From Pseudoxanthomonas sp. (lineage in GTDB: Bacteria; Pseudomonadota; Gammaproteobacteria; Xanthomonadales; Xanthomonadaceae), in assembly GCA_039807145.1 (NCBI GenBank), contig JBDHQQ010000001.1, positions 800 to 64,799 on the forward strand: a stretch of DNA of 64,000 nt. Reading direction: 5' to 3'. The stretch's first letter is position 1. The number at the start of each line of letters is the position of its first letter. A program made the position numbers and the translations under genes. This document shows, in pieces, positions 41,423 through 50,169 of this stretch. Below the pieces are notes generated by a model that searched no databases, was not told where the DNA came from, and saw only the letters and a program-made list of their open reading frames with translations.

Positions 41423-44305
41423 ATGCACAATCCGCGAACCCCCCGATTGAACCTCCTGTGCGTCGCCGTACTGGCGATCATGGCGGCCCCAGCCGCCGCA
41501 CAGGACCAGAATGCCGGCTCGCCGGATACCACCACCACGCTCGACAAGGTCAGCGTCACCGGCTCGCGCATCAAGCGCACCGACGTGGAAGCCGCGCTGC
41601 CGGTGACCATCGTCAAGAAGGAGGAAATCGATGCGCAGGGCATCACCTCGGCCGAGCAGCTGCTGCAGTTCCTCAACATCGCCGGCAACGGCGCCGACGG
41701 CCTGACCTCGGCCGCCGTCGACATGGACCTGGGCGAGCTGCGCGGCACCGCCGGCGTATCCGGCGCCAACCTGCGCGGCCAGGGCTCCGACGCAACCCTG
41801 GTGCTGCTGAACGGCCGCCGCGTCGCGACCCACGGCCTGCGCGGCCAGGCGGTGGACCTGAACTCGATCCCGTTCCAGGCGATCGAGCGCGTCGAGGTGC
41901 TGCGCGACGGCGCCTCGGCGGTGTACGGCACCGACGCCATCGGCGGCGTGATCAACTTCATCACCCGCACCGACTACCAGGGCATCACCGTCAACGCCGG
42001 CTTCGACGTGACCCAGGAAGGCGGCGGCAACATCTACAACTACAGCGTCCTCGGCGGCATCGGCGACCTGGACACCGACCGCTGGAACGCCTGGGGCACG
42101 ATCAGTTACCGCCGCGCCGAGTTCCTGCGCAGCTACCAGCGCGACTTCGCCAACAGCTTCCAGCCCGACCGCGGCGTGTCGCCCGACACCCGCGGCACGC
42201 CGTTCGCCACCGTCACCAACGCCACCGGCGGCATCATCAACGGTTCGCTGGTCGATCCCGACGGCGGCGGCAACATGAGCAACGTCAACATCCTCAACCT
42301 GCCCGGCGGGGCGGGTTGCGAGAACGGCGGCGCCACCATGGGGCCGTACGACTACCGCTTGTGGGATGGCGCCAGCCTGAAGTACGCCTGCGCCTGGGAC
42401 TACCCGGCCGCGCAGCCGCTGCAACAGCCGCAGGACAGTGTGCAGGCCCTGGGCCGCGCGACCTTCAAGATCGGCGAGGGCCACCAGTTCTACGTCGAGG
42501 CGATGGGCTCGGAAGTGAAGGTCAGGCGCGAGTACGAGCCGCTGCAGCTCAGTTCCAGCGCATCGGCGACCTCCGTGCTCAATCCGAGCACCTGGTTCCC
42601 GCTGAACGCGAACACCCAGGCGACCTACGACGAGATCTTCGACGCATTGGCCGACTACTTCGGCACGGCCAACCTGGTGTACGGCAACAAGATCCCCTAC
42701 CGCTGGCGCTGCGTGCCCTGCGGCCCGCGCCAGATCGAGACCACCACCAAGGCCTACCGCATGCTGGCCGGAGTGGAGGGCAGCCTCGGCAAGTGGGACT
42801 ACGACGTGGGCGTGTCGCGCGCGTCCAGCAAGGCCGAGTCGGTGCTGGTCAACGGCTACTACTTCTCGAGCGGACTCCAGGAGGCGCTCGGCAGCGGCCT
42901 GCTGAACCCGTTCCTGATGCCGAACCAGCAGCAGAGCCCGGCCGCGCTGGCCGCGCTGCAGGCGGCGTCGGCCAGCGGCATCCACCTGTACGGCGGCGAG
43001 TCCACCGTCACCACGGTCGACGCCAGCTTCAGCGGCGGTCTCGGCTTCAGCCTGTGGGGCGGCGAGGTGCAACTGGCGACCGGCGTCGAGGCGCGGCGCG
43101 AGGAGTTCCAGTTCGCGGGCGAGCAGGTGCTGAACGGGCTGCCGCTGAACTACAGCACCATCTACCAGGCGCCGTTCGACGAAACCAGCGAACTGGACAA
43201 GGTGCACCGCGACGTCAAGGCGATCTACGCCGAAGCCTACCTGCCGATCGTCAAGACCCTGGACGTGACCCTGGCGGTGCGCCGCGACGAGTACGACACC
43301 TTCGGCGGCACCACCAATCCGAAGTACTCGTTCAAGTGGCAGCCGGTCGAATGGCTGGCGTTCCGCGGCGCGTACAGCACCGGCTTCAAGGCGCCCGAAT
43401 TCACCAAGCTGTTCGCCGGCGTGAACCGGGTGGAATACTTCGGCCGCGACCTGGTCGATCCGGCCAGCTGCCCCAGCGGCTCGGTCAACTCGTCGATACC
43501 GGGCTGCGAGATGATCCAGCCGACCATCACCACCGGCGGCAAGACCGACCTGCAGCCCGAGGAATCGAAGCAGAAGAGCCTGGGCCTGGTGTTCGCGCCG
43601 ACCGGCAACTTCAACGTCAGCCTGGACTGGTGGGAGATCGAGCGCATCAACACGATCCGCGTGCCGAACCTGGCGACCCTGACCGAAAACTACGACCTGT
43701 TCTCCGCCAACTGGATCCGCGACAGCAGCGGCAGGGTCGTCGAGATCGACCAGCGCTACATCAACTCCGGCGGCACCCTGACCCGCGGCATCGAGCTGGA
43801 CGCCAACCTGACCGGCGAGCTGGCCGGCGGGCGCTGGTACGTCAACCTCAACGGCAGCTACATCGACACCTTCAAGGAAAAGTCGCTGGCCAACCAGCCT
43901 TACGGCGACAACAAGGTGGGCGAGTACGTCCGCTTCTACAACCTGCCGCTGAAGTGGAAGCACACCCTGAGCTTCGGCTGGGCCAAGGGCGACTGGGCGC
44001 ACACGCTGACCCAGATCTACCGCGCCGGCTACAAGGACGAAGAACCGGTCAGCGTCGAAGGCGGTTCGTACACGCCGTCGGACTGGAACCCCGACGTCGA
44101 CGACTACATCACCTACAACTACAGCCTGAGCTGGACGGGCCTGCAGAACGCGAAGTTCACCCTGGCGGTGCGCAACCTGCTGAACACCGATCCGCCGTTC
44201 ACCGCGCACCAGGTCGACTACGCCTCGGGCGCTGCGTGGGAACCGCGCGTGGCCGATCCGCGCGGTCGTTCGTTCAACCTGATGGTCGAATACAAGTTCG
44301 ACTGA
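41423..44305 (+). CDS. TonB-dependent receptor
   Basis: Signal peptide, VSVTGSRIKR, NLRGQG..TLVLLNGRR, VEVLRDGASAVYGTDAIGGVINFI, C-terminal YKFD. Confidence 0.95.
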   Translation: MHNPRTPRLNLLCVAVLAIMAAPAAAQDQNAGSPDTTTTLDKVSVTGSRIKRTDVEAALPVTIVKKEEIDAQGITSAEQLLQFLNIAGNGADGLTSAAVDMDLGELRGTAGVSGANLRGQGSDATLVLLNGRRVATHGLRGQAVDLNSIPFQAIERVEVLRDGASAVYGTDAIGGVINFITRTDYQGITVNAGFDVTQEGGGNIYNYSVLGGIGDLDTDRWNAWGTISYRRAEFLRSYQRDFANSFQPDRGVSPDTRGTPFATVTNATGGIINGSLVDPDGGGNMSNVNILNLPGGAGCENGGATMGPYDYRLWDGASLKYACAWDYPAAQPLQQPQDSVQALGRATFKIGEGHQFYVEAMGSEVKVRREYEPLQLSSSASATSVLNPSTWFPLNANTQATYDEIFDALADYFGTANLVYGNKIPYRWRCVPCGPRQIETTTKAYRMLAGVEGSLGKWDYDVGVSRASSKAESVLVNGYYFSSGLQEALGSGLLNPFLMPNQQQSPAALAALQAASASGIHLYGGESTVTTVDASFSGGLGFSLWGGEVQLATGVEARREEFQFAGEQVLNGLPLNYSTIYQAPFDETSELDKVHRDVKAIYAEAYLPIVKTLDVTLAVRRDEYDTFGGTTNPKYSFKWQPVEWLAFRGAYSTGFKAPEFTKLFAGVNRVEYFGRDLVDPASCPSGSVNSSIPGCEMIQPTITTGGKTDLQPEESKQKSLGLVFAPTGNFNVSLDWWEIERINTIRVPNLATLTENYDLFSANWIRDSSGRVVEIDQRYINSGGTLTRGIELDANLTGELAGGRWYVNLNGSYIDTFKEKSLANQPYGDNKVGEYVRFYNLPLKWKHTLSFGWAKGDWAHTLTQIYRAGYKDEEPVSVEGGSYTPSDWNPDVDDYITYNYSLSWTGLQNAKFTLAVRNLLNTDPPFTAHQVDYASGAAWEPRVADPRGRSFNLMVEYKFD

Positions 44306-44337
44306 CGCCACGGGTCGCCGGACCCGACCTGCATCCA

Positions 44338-44363
44338 GCCGCCGCCGGGAAACCGGCGGCGGC
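44338..44363 (+). other. Intercistronic GC hairpin directly before the racemase RBS
   Basis: GCCGCCGCCGG-GAAA-CCGGCGGCGGC, no U-tract; GGAGG follows at 44366. Confidence 0.65.
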
Positions 44364-44375
44364 ATGGAGGAAGCC

Positions 44376-45617
44376 ATGCCAGACCACCATTCCGCCGCTT
44401 TCAGTCGCCGACAATTCATCGTGGCCGCCGCGGGGACGGCGCTGGCTGCGTCCATCGATGCGCAGGCTTCGCCGCTGCTCGGTCTGCCGGGCAGGCGCAA
44501 GGCGGGCGCGGCCAATTCCTGGATCGAGATCGATCCGGAAATCTTCGAGCACAACCTGCGCCTTACCCAGGCCGCCCTGACCGGCGGCGCGCGCGTCTGC
44601 GCGATCATGAAGGCCGACGCCTACGGCACTGGCATCGACCTGGTGATGCCCAGCGTGATCAAGGCGCGCCTGCCTTACGTCGGCATCGCCAGCACCGAGG
44701 AAGCGCGCATGGCCCGGGCCTGCGGCTACAAGGGCCGGCTGATGCGCGTGCGCGCGGCGACGCTGGACGAGGTCGCGGATGCGCTGCCGTACAGGGTCGA
44801 GGAACTGGTCGGCAATCTCGCGGCGGCGCAGGCCATCGGCGCGATGGCGCGCAAGCGCGGACGCACGCTGCCCGTGCACCTGGCGCTGAATTCGGCGGGC
44901 ATGAGCCGCAACGGCATTGAAATGAACGTCGAGCGGGGCCGGCAGGATGCCGTGGCGCTGGCGGAGATGGAAGGCCTGCGGATCGTCGGCATGATGACGC
45001 ACTTCCCGACCGAAGAGCGGGACGACATCGTGCAGGGCGTCGAGGCCTTCAAGGCGCAGACCGCCTGGCTGTTCGCCAACACCGCGCTGCGGCGCGAGGA
45101 TGTGATCCTGCACGCCGCCAATTCGTTCGCCGTGCAGAACATCCCCGAATCGCACCTGGACATGGTGCGTCCCGGCGGCATGCTGTACGGCTACGGCGGC
45201 ACGCCCAAGCCGCCGTTCGTGCACGTGGCGTCGTTCAAGTCGCGGGTGGCCTCGGTGCAGGCCTATCCGGCCGGCGACACGGTCAGCTACGACCGGACCT
45301 ATACGCTGAAGCGGGATTCGCTGCTGGCGAACATCCCGGTGGGCTATTCCGACGGCTACCGGCGCGCCTATTCCAACAAGGGCGCCATGCTGGTCCGCGG
45401 GCAGCGCGCGCCAGTGGTCGGCAGCGTCACCATGAACACCACGATGGTCGACGTGACCGACATCCCCGGCGTGCAGGCCGGCGACGAAGTGGTGATGTTC
45501 GGCCGGCAGGGCGACGAGCAGATCACCCAGGCGGAAGTCGAGAAGATCACCGGCGTGATCCTGGCCGACCAGTACACGGTCTGGGGCGCGACCAACCCGA
45601 AGATCCTGCGCCGCTGA
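44376..45617 (+). CDS. Tat-exported broad-spectrum amino acid racemase (BsrV-like, Alr family)
   Basis: SRRQFI twin-arginine signal; CAIMKADAYG, LMRVR, ALNSAGMSRNG, MTHFP, SYDRTY, GYSDGY, MNTTM. Confidence 0.88.
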   Translation: MPDHHSAAFSRRQFIVAAAGTALAASIDAQASPLLGLPGRRKAGAANSWIEIDPEIFEHNLRLTQAALTGGARVCAIMKADAYGTGIDLVMPSVIKARLPYVGIASTEEARMARACGYKGRLMRVRAATLDEVADALPYRVEELVGNLAAAQAIGAMARKRGRTLPVHLALNSAGMSRNGIEMNVERGRQDAVALAEMEGLRIVGMMTHFPTEERDDIVQGVEAFKAQTAWLFANTALRREDVILHAANSFAVQNIPESHLDMVRPGGMLYGYGGTPKPPFVHVASFKSRVASVQAYPAGDTVSYDRTYTLKRDSLLANIPVGYSDGYRRAYSNKGAMLVRGQRAPVVGSVTMNTTMVDVTDIPGVQAGDEVVMFGRQGDEQITQAEVEKITGVILADQYTVWGATNPKILRR

Positions 45618-45713
45618 GCGGACGCGCCCGCGAGTCCGTTCCGCCGGTGTACCGATGCTCCTGGCGGGATGGACGAATCGCGCCGCGTACCGCCTCCGGA
45701 GTAGAGTGCCGGG

Positions 45714-46964
45714 ATGCACGGCCGCGCAACCGACGACATCGCCCATCACGCCGCGCTGGATGCGCGCATGGTCAAGGCCGCGCGCGGGATCAAGCTGCTC
45801 AGCCTGGCAAGCTGGCCGGCCGCGACGCAGGCGGGATTCCTTGCCGATCTTGCGCGCGGACAGCCGGCGCCGCCGCAGGTCGAATACCCGAAGCACGACT
45901 TCACCGATGCGCGCCGCGAGCTGGACGCGATTTCCGCCGCGGCCGACCCGGCGCACCCGCTGGGCGTATATGTGCGCGAATCGGCGCACGCCTGGAATCT
46001 CGCCGCGCAATTGCTCGAGGCGTTGGGCACGCCGGTGGCGTCGACGCTGTCGGTCGAACTGTTCGGCCGGCCCGACGCGCCGCTGCCCGGCAACGGGCCC
46101 AGCACCCGCGAAGCGGCGCAACATTTCATCCAGATCGCCGGCGAACTGGACCACGAGCTGCTCGCACCCGAGGAACAGGTGCCGGTATCGGCCACCGCAT
46201 TGCAGCTGCAGCTGCAAGGCGATCTCGACGATTTCTTCGACAGTCGCGTGATCACGGTGGAGCTGGATCCGGACCTGATCGCCAAGGCCGCGGCCGGCGC
46301 GACCCGCATCCGCCTGCGCAGCGGCGCGGCGTTCTGCGACTACGACCGCCGCCAGCTGTTCTTCCACGAGGCGCTGGTGCATTCGCTGACCGCGCTCAAC
46401 GGCCGCGAGCAGGCCAACCTGCCCAGCCTGGCGCTGTCGTCGCCGCGCGTCACCGAAACCCAGGAAGGCCTGGCCACCTTCGCCGAACAGATCACCGGCA
46501 GCATCGACATCGGCCGGATGAAGCGCATCAGCCTGCGCATCGAGGCCATCGCGATGGCGCTGGACGGCGCGGATTTCGTGCAGGTGTTCCGCTATTTCCG
46601 CGATGCGGGGCAGGGCGACGCGGAAAGCTTCGCGTCGGCGCAGCGGGTGTTCCGCGGCGTACCAACCAGTGGCGGCATGGCTTTCGCCAAGGACACGGTG
46701 TACCTGCGCGGACTGATCAACGTGCACACCTTCTTCCGCCAGTGCCTGCAGCAGGACCGCCTGCCGCTGTGCCGCTGGCTGTTCGCCGGCAAGATGACCC
46801 TCGGCGACGCGCGCGCGTTCGCCCCGCTGTTCGAATCCGGCACGCTGGCCGTGCCGCGCTGGCTGCCCGAATGGGCCGAGCGCGCCAGCGGCCTGGCCGG
46901 CATGCTGGCGTTCTCGCTGTTCGCCAACCGCATCAGGCTGGAGCGCCTGTCGGCAGAAGGTTGA
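45714..46964 (+). CDS. QEGLA-motif (DUF1704) putative zinc metallopeptidase
   Basis: FHEALVHSLT (HExxxH), TETQEGLATFAE, RVFRG, KDTVYLRG. Confidence 0.88.
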   Translation: MHGRATDDIAHHAALDARMVKAARGIKLLSLASWPAATQAGFLADLARGQPAPPQVEYPKHDFTDARRELDAISAAADPAHPLGVYVRESAHAWNLAAQLLEALGTPVASTLSVELFGRPDAPLPGNGPSTREAAQHFIQIAGELDHELLAPEEQVPVSATALQLQLQGDLDDFFDSRVITVELDPDLIAKAAAGATRIRLRSGAAFCDYDRRQLFFHEALVHSLTALNGREQANLPSLALSSPRVTETQEGLATFAEQITGSIDIGRMKRISLRIEAIAMALDGADFVQVFRYFRDAGQGDAESFASAQRVFRGVPTSGGMAFAKDTVYLRGLINVHTFFRQCLQQDRLPLCRWLFAGKMTLGDARAFAPLFESGTLAVPRWLPEWAERASGLAGMLAFSLFANRIRLERLSAEG

Positions 46965-47142
46965 GGACAGTCCGGTGCGGCGACGGCAGACGTTGCCTTG
47001 AAGTCCGGAGATCGGTGTCCGCGCGGGCAGGCGGCCGCGCCGGCGCAAGCCGATCGTCGGCAACTGCCGGATGGTCTTGTGTCGCGATCGGACAGGCGGC
47101 GTTCGCGCCTGCCAAATGCGGCGCATCAGCCGTGGCTTGCGC

Positions 47143-48045
47143 TCATGCCGTGCGGCCGCCGCGGACTTCGCCGAGCACCTTGGAGAACATCGAGATGAAA
47201 TGGGTAGCCGCCGTGGAGGGCGGGCGGTCTTCCAGATGCACGCACTGCACCTTGAAGCGCAACGGAGGCGTGAATGGACGGAAGCCCGTCTCATCGTTGA
47301 TGCTGGCGCGCGCGGTGAACTCGTCCACCACCGCCATGCCGGCGCCGCAGCGGGTCAGCGCGGCGGCCACGTAGAACGTCTGGTTGGACACTGTTTCGCG
47401 CACGCTGATGCCCTGGCGCCGGAGCTCGCGGTTGAACAGATCGCCCACCGGGCCGCCTGCGGTCAGTCCGACCATGTCGTGGCCATGGAGCTGCTTGAGA
47501 GGAACGCGTTCGGCGGCATTGGGCATGTTGTCCTTGCGGTACAGCAGGCACAGCTCCGCGATGTCGAGGTCCCGCCGGCGGAAGCGCGGGTGCGAAGGCG
47601 GGTCGTATGCGATGGCAATGTCGCTGGTGCGTTCGTAGAGCGATTCGAACAGGTCGTCGTGGTGCAGCGTCTGCACCTCGAAGGTCGTATCCGGGTAACG
47701 CTTGCGAAAGCGGGTGATGGCCAGTGGGGCCACGTGCAGGCCCAGCGACGGCACCACGGCGAGCCGGATGTGGCTGGCCGAAGGATTGCGCAGGTTGCCG
47801 ATGTTCTTCTGCAGCGAGGTCAGGCGATTGAAGACTTCCGAAACGTCGATGAAAAGCGCATGCGCTTCTTCGGTGGCGACCAGGCGGCCTCGCACCAGCC
47901 GGAACAATTCCAGTCCCAGCTGCTGCTGGGTGTGGTGCAGCACCTTGCTCACGGAGGGCTGCGAAACGTGCAGCGCCCGCGCAGCCGCGCTGATCGAACC
48001 GGTGGTATAGACGGCGTGGAAGACTTCGATCTGTCGGAAACGCAT
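47143..48045 (-). CDS. LysR family transcriptional regulator
   Basis: MRFRQIEVFHAVYTTGSISAAARALHVSQPSVSKVL HTH; 300 aa. Confidence 0.95.
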   Translation of the reverse strand: MRFRQIEVFHAVYTTGSISAAARALHVSQPSVSKVLHHTQQQLGLELFRLVRGRLVATEEAHALFIDVSEVFNRLTSLQKNIGNLRNPSASHIRLAVVPSLGLHVAPLAITRFRKRYPDTTFEVQTLHHDDLFESLYERTSDIAIAYDPPSHPRFRRRDLDIAELCLLYRKDNMPNAAERVPLKQLHGHDMVGLTAGGPVGDLFNRELRRQGISVRETVSNQTFYVAAALTRCGAGMAVVDEFTARASINDETGFRPFTPPLRFKVQCVHLEDRPPSTAATHFISMFSKVLGEVRGGRTA

Positions 48046-48105
48046 GCTCTTGCCGAATAAGGGCTCGAGGACAGTATCGCCGCCGCGCCCGCCCATGTCC
48101 CGTGC

Positions 48106-49851
48106 CTAGAGTCCTGCCGCGACGCCTTCGCGGCGCGGATCGGCGGCACCGGACAGCCTGCCGTCGCGCCATTCCACGCCGTGCAGGCCCGAATCCTCGC
48201 CCGATCCGGCGATGATGTCGACGCCAAGCTTCGACAGTCCCTCGCGCAACCCCGGCGTGAAGACATCGGCTTCGCCGTTGAAGTTCTTGCCGCGCGCGAC
48301 CAGGTTGGGCAATGCGATTGCCTGTTGCAGCGGCATCTTCCAGTACAGCCAGCCCACCAGGGTCTTGGCGACGTAGGCCGGGATAGCGTTGCCGCCGGGC
48401 GAGCCGATCGCACCGACCAGGCGGCCATCGCGGTCGAGCACGATCACCGGCGACATCGACGAGCGCGGGCGCTTGCCCGGCGCGATCTCGTTGGCCGCGC
48501 CCGCGCTCGGACCCCACGAGAAATCGGTCAGCTGGTTGTTCAGGAACATGCCGCCGACCGTGCGCCCCGAGCCGAAGAACGATTCGATGGTCGTGGTCAT
48601 CGAGACCGCGTTGCCCGCCGCGTCCACTACGACCAGGTGGCTGGTGCCGCCGGGCTCGTCGGTGGCGTCGGCATTGCGCCAGGGCGCGCCAGCGGGTTCG
48701 CCGTGCACGGGTGAACGGGTTGCGGCATGCGCGCCGATCAGCGCGCGGCGCGCGGCGATGTAATCCGCTGCCAGCAGGCCATCGACGGGAACATCGGCGA
48801 AGCGCGGATCGCCGACGTAATGGTCGCGGTCGGCATAGGCGAGGCGGCTGGCTTCGGCGAACAGCAGCCACGACCGCGGATCGTCGGGACCGCGATCGGC
48901 GATGTCGGTGCCGTCCAGGATCATCATCAGCTGCAGCAGGCCCACGCCGCTGGCCGGCGGCGGCGGTACGCAGACCACGTAGGCGCGCAGCGGCCGGCAG
49001 ATCGGGTCGGTGTGTTCGGCGACTTGCTGTTGCAGGTCTTCCGCGGTGACGAGTGCGCCGTTCGGCGCCTGGCCCAGGCGCGCGATCAGCGCGTCGGCAA
49101 GCGGGCCGCTGCGCAGCGCATCGGCGCCGCGCGCGGCCACCGTGCGAAGGCTTTCCGCGTAGGCGGGATTGCGGAAGGTGTCGCCAAGCTGCAGTTGCGT
49201 GCCGTCTTCGCGGGCGAACATCGCCTTCACGTCGGGCGCCGACGCCTGCGGGAACTTGCCGGCGATGTGCTGGTACATGCGCGGTGTCACCGCAAAACCC
49301 TGTTCGGCGCGCTGCTCGGCGGAATCGAACAGGCCCGACCACTCCAGCTTGCCGTGCGTCGCATGCGCCATGGCCAACACCGGCAATGCGCCGGGGATGC
49401 CGGTCGCGTGGCCACTGAGCATCGCATCGCCGCGCGACAGCGGATGGCCGTCGGCATCCGTGAACATTCCGGGTCCGGCAGAGGCCGGCGCTCGCTCGCG
49501 GCCGATGTAGCTGTCGACGCGCCCGGACGCTGCGTCGTAATGCAGCAGGATCGCACCGCCCATCAGGCCGGAACTCTGCGGTTCGACCAGGCCCAGCATC
49601 GCCTGCATCGCGACCGCGGCATCGATCGCGCTGCCGCCGCGGCGCAGCACTTCCAGCCCGGCTTCGGTGGCCAGCGGATGCGCGCTGGCGACGAAGCCGG
49701 TAGTGGCTTCTATTGCCGGAGTCGCCGGCGTTTGCGGCGCTGCGCCAATGCGCGAGCCGTCGGCACAGGCGGTGAGGGTGGAAAGCATCGCTGCAACGAG
49801 CAGGCCATGCAGCATGCGGCGGAGTATGGAAGTGGCGTCTGGCCTGGCCAT
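48106..49851 (-). CDS. ggt: Gamma-glutamyltransferase family lipoprotein (GGT1)
   Basis: LTAC lipobox; GGSAIDAAVA, EPQSSG, RERAP, G-TSHL nucleophile, NNQLTDF, KRPRSSMSP, GSPGG, ADPRREG. Confidence 0.9.
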   Translation of the reverse strand: MARPDATSILRRMLHGLLVAAMLSTLTACADGSRIGAAPQTPATPAIEATTGFVASAHPLATEAGLEVLRRGGSAIDAAVAMQAMLGLVEPQSSGLMGGAILLHYDAASGRVDSYIGRERAPASAGPGMFTDADGHPLSRGDAMLSGHATGIPGALPVLAMAHATHGKLEWSGLFDSAEQRAEQGFAVTPRMYQHIAGKFPQASAPDVKAMFAREDGTQLQLGDTFRNPAYAESLRTVAARGADALRSGPLADALIARLGQAPNGALVTAEDLQQQVAEHTDPICRPLRAYVVCVPPPPASGVGLLQLMMILDGTDIADRGPDDPRSWLLFAEASRLAYADRDHYVGDPRFADVPVDGLLAADYIAARRALIGAHAATRSPVHGEPAGAPWRNADATDEPGGTSHLVVVDAAGNAVSMTTTIESFFGSGRTVGGMFLNNQLTDFSWGPSAGAANEIAPGKRPRSSMSPVIVLDRDGRLVGAIGSPGGNAIPAYVAKTLVGWLYWKMPLQQAIALPNLVARGKNFNGEADVFTPGLREGLSKLGVDIIAGSGEDSGLHGVEWRDGRLSGAADPRREGVAAGL

Positions 49852-49957
49852 CAATGCGGGTTCCCGGTAGAGCGGAAATACGCGTCGGCAAGCGACGTGC
49901 ATGCGACAGGGTATCGCCGCCAGCCCGTGCGTATCCGACCTTTTGAGGGGGTCAGGG

Positions 49958-49972
49958 ATAGCCGGGGGTTAT
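49958..49972. promoter_or_regulatory. Putative LysR box between the divergent ggt genes
   Basis: ATAGC-CGGGG-GTTAT (reverse: ATAAC-N5-GCTAT, T-N11-A); weaker copy at 50058-50072. Confidence 0.7.
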
Positions 49973-50169
49973 GGCATGGCCGTTCGCCGGCGCGTCGTGC
50001 GGCTGTCAAAAACGGATGGTGCTGCGCAGGCAGGTTCAGGCACGCAAAGGGCATTCCATAACCCGGCCGCATACCTGTCCTCAACAATGATTCGAGACAG
50101 TCGCGGCCAACTGCGGCAGGTTTGCAGGGGGCGCGATCCGCCCGATGACGATGCCAGCGAGGCAAGGCA

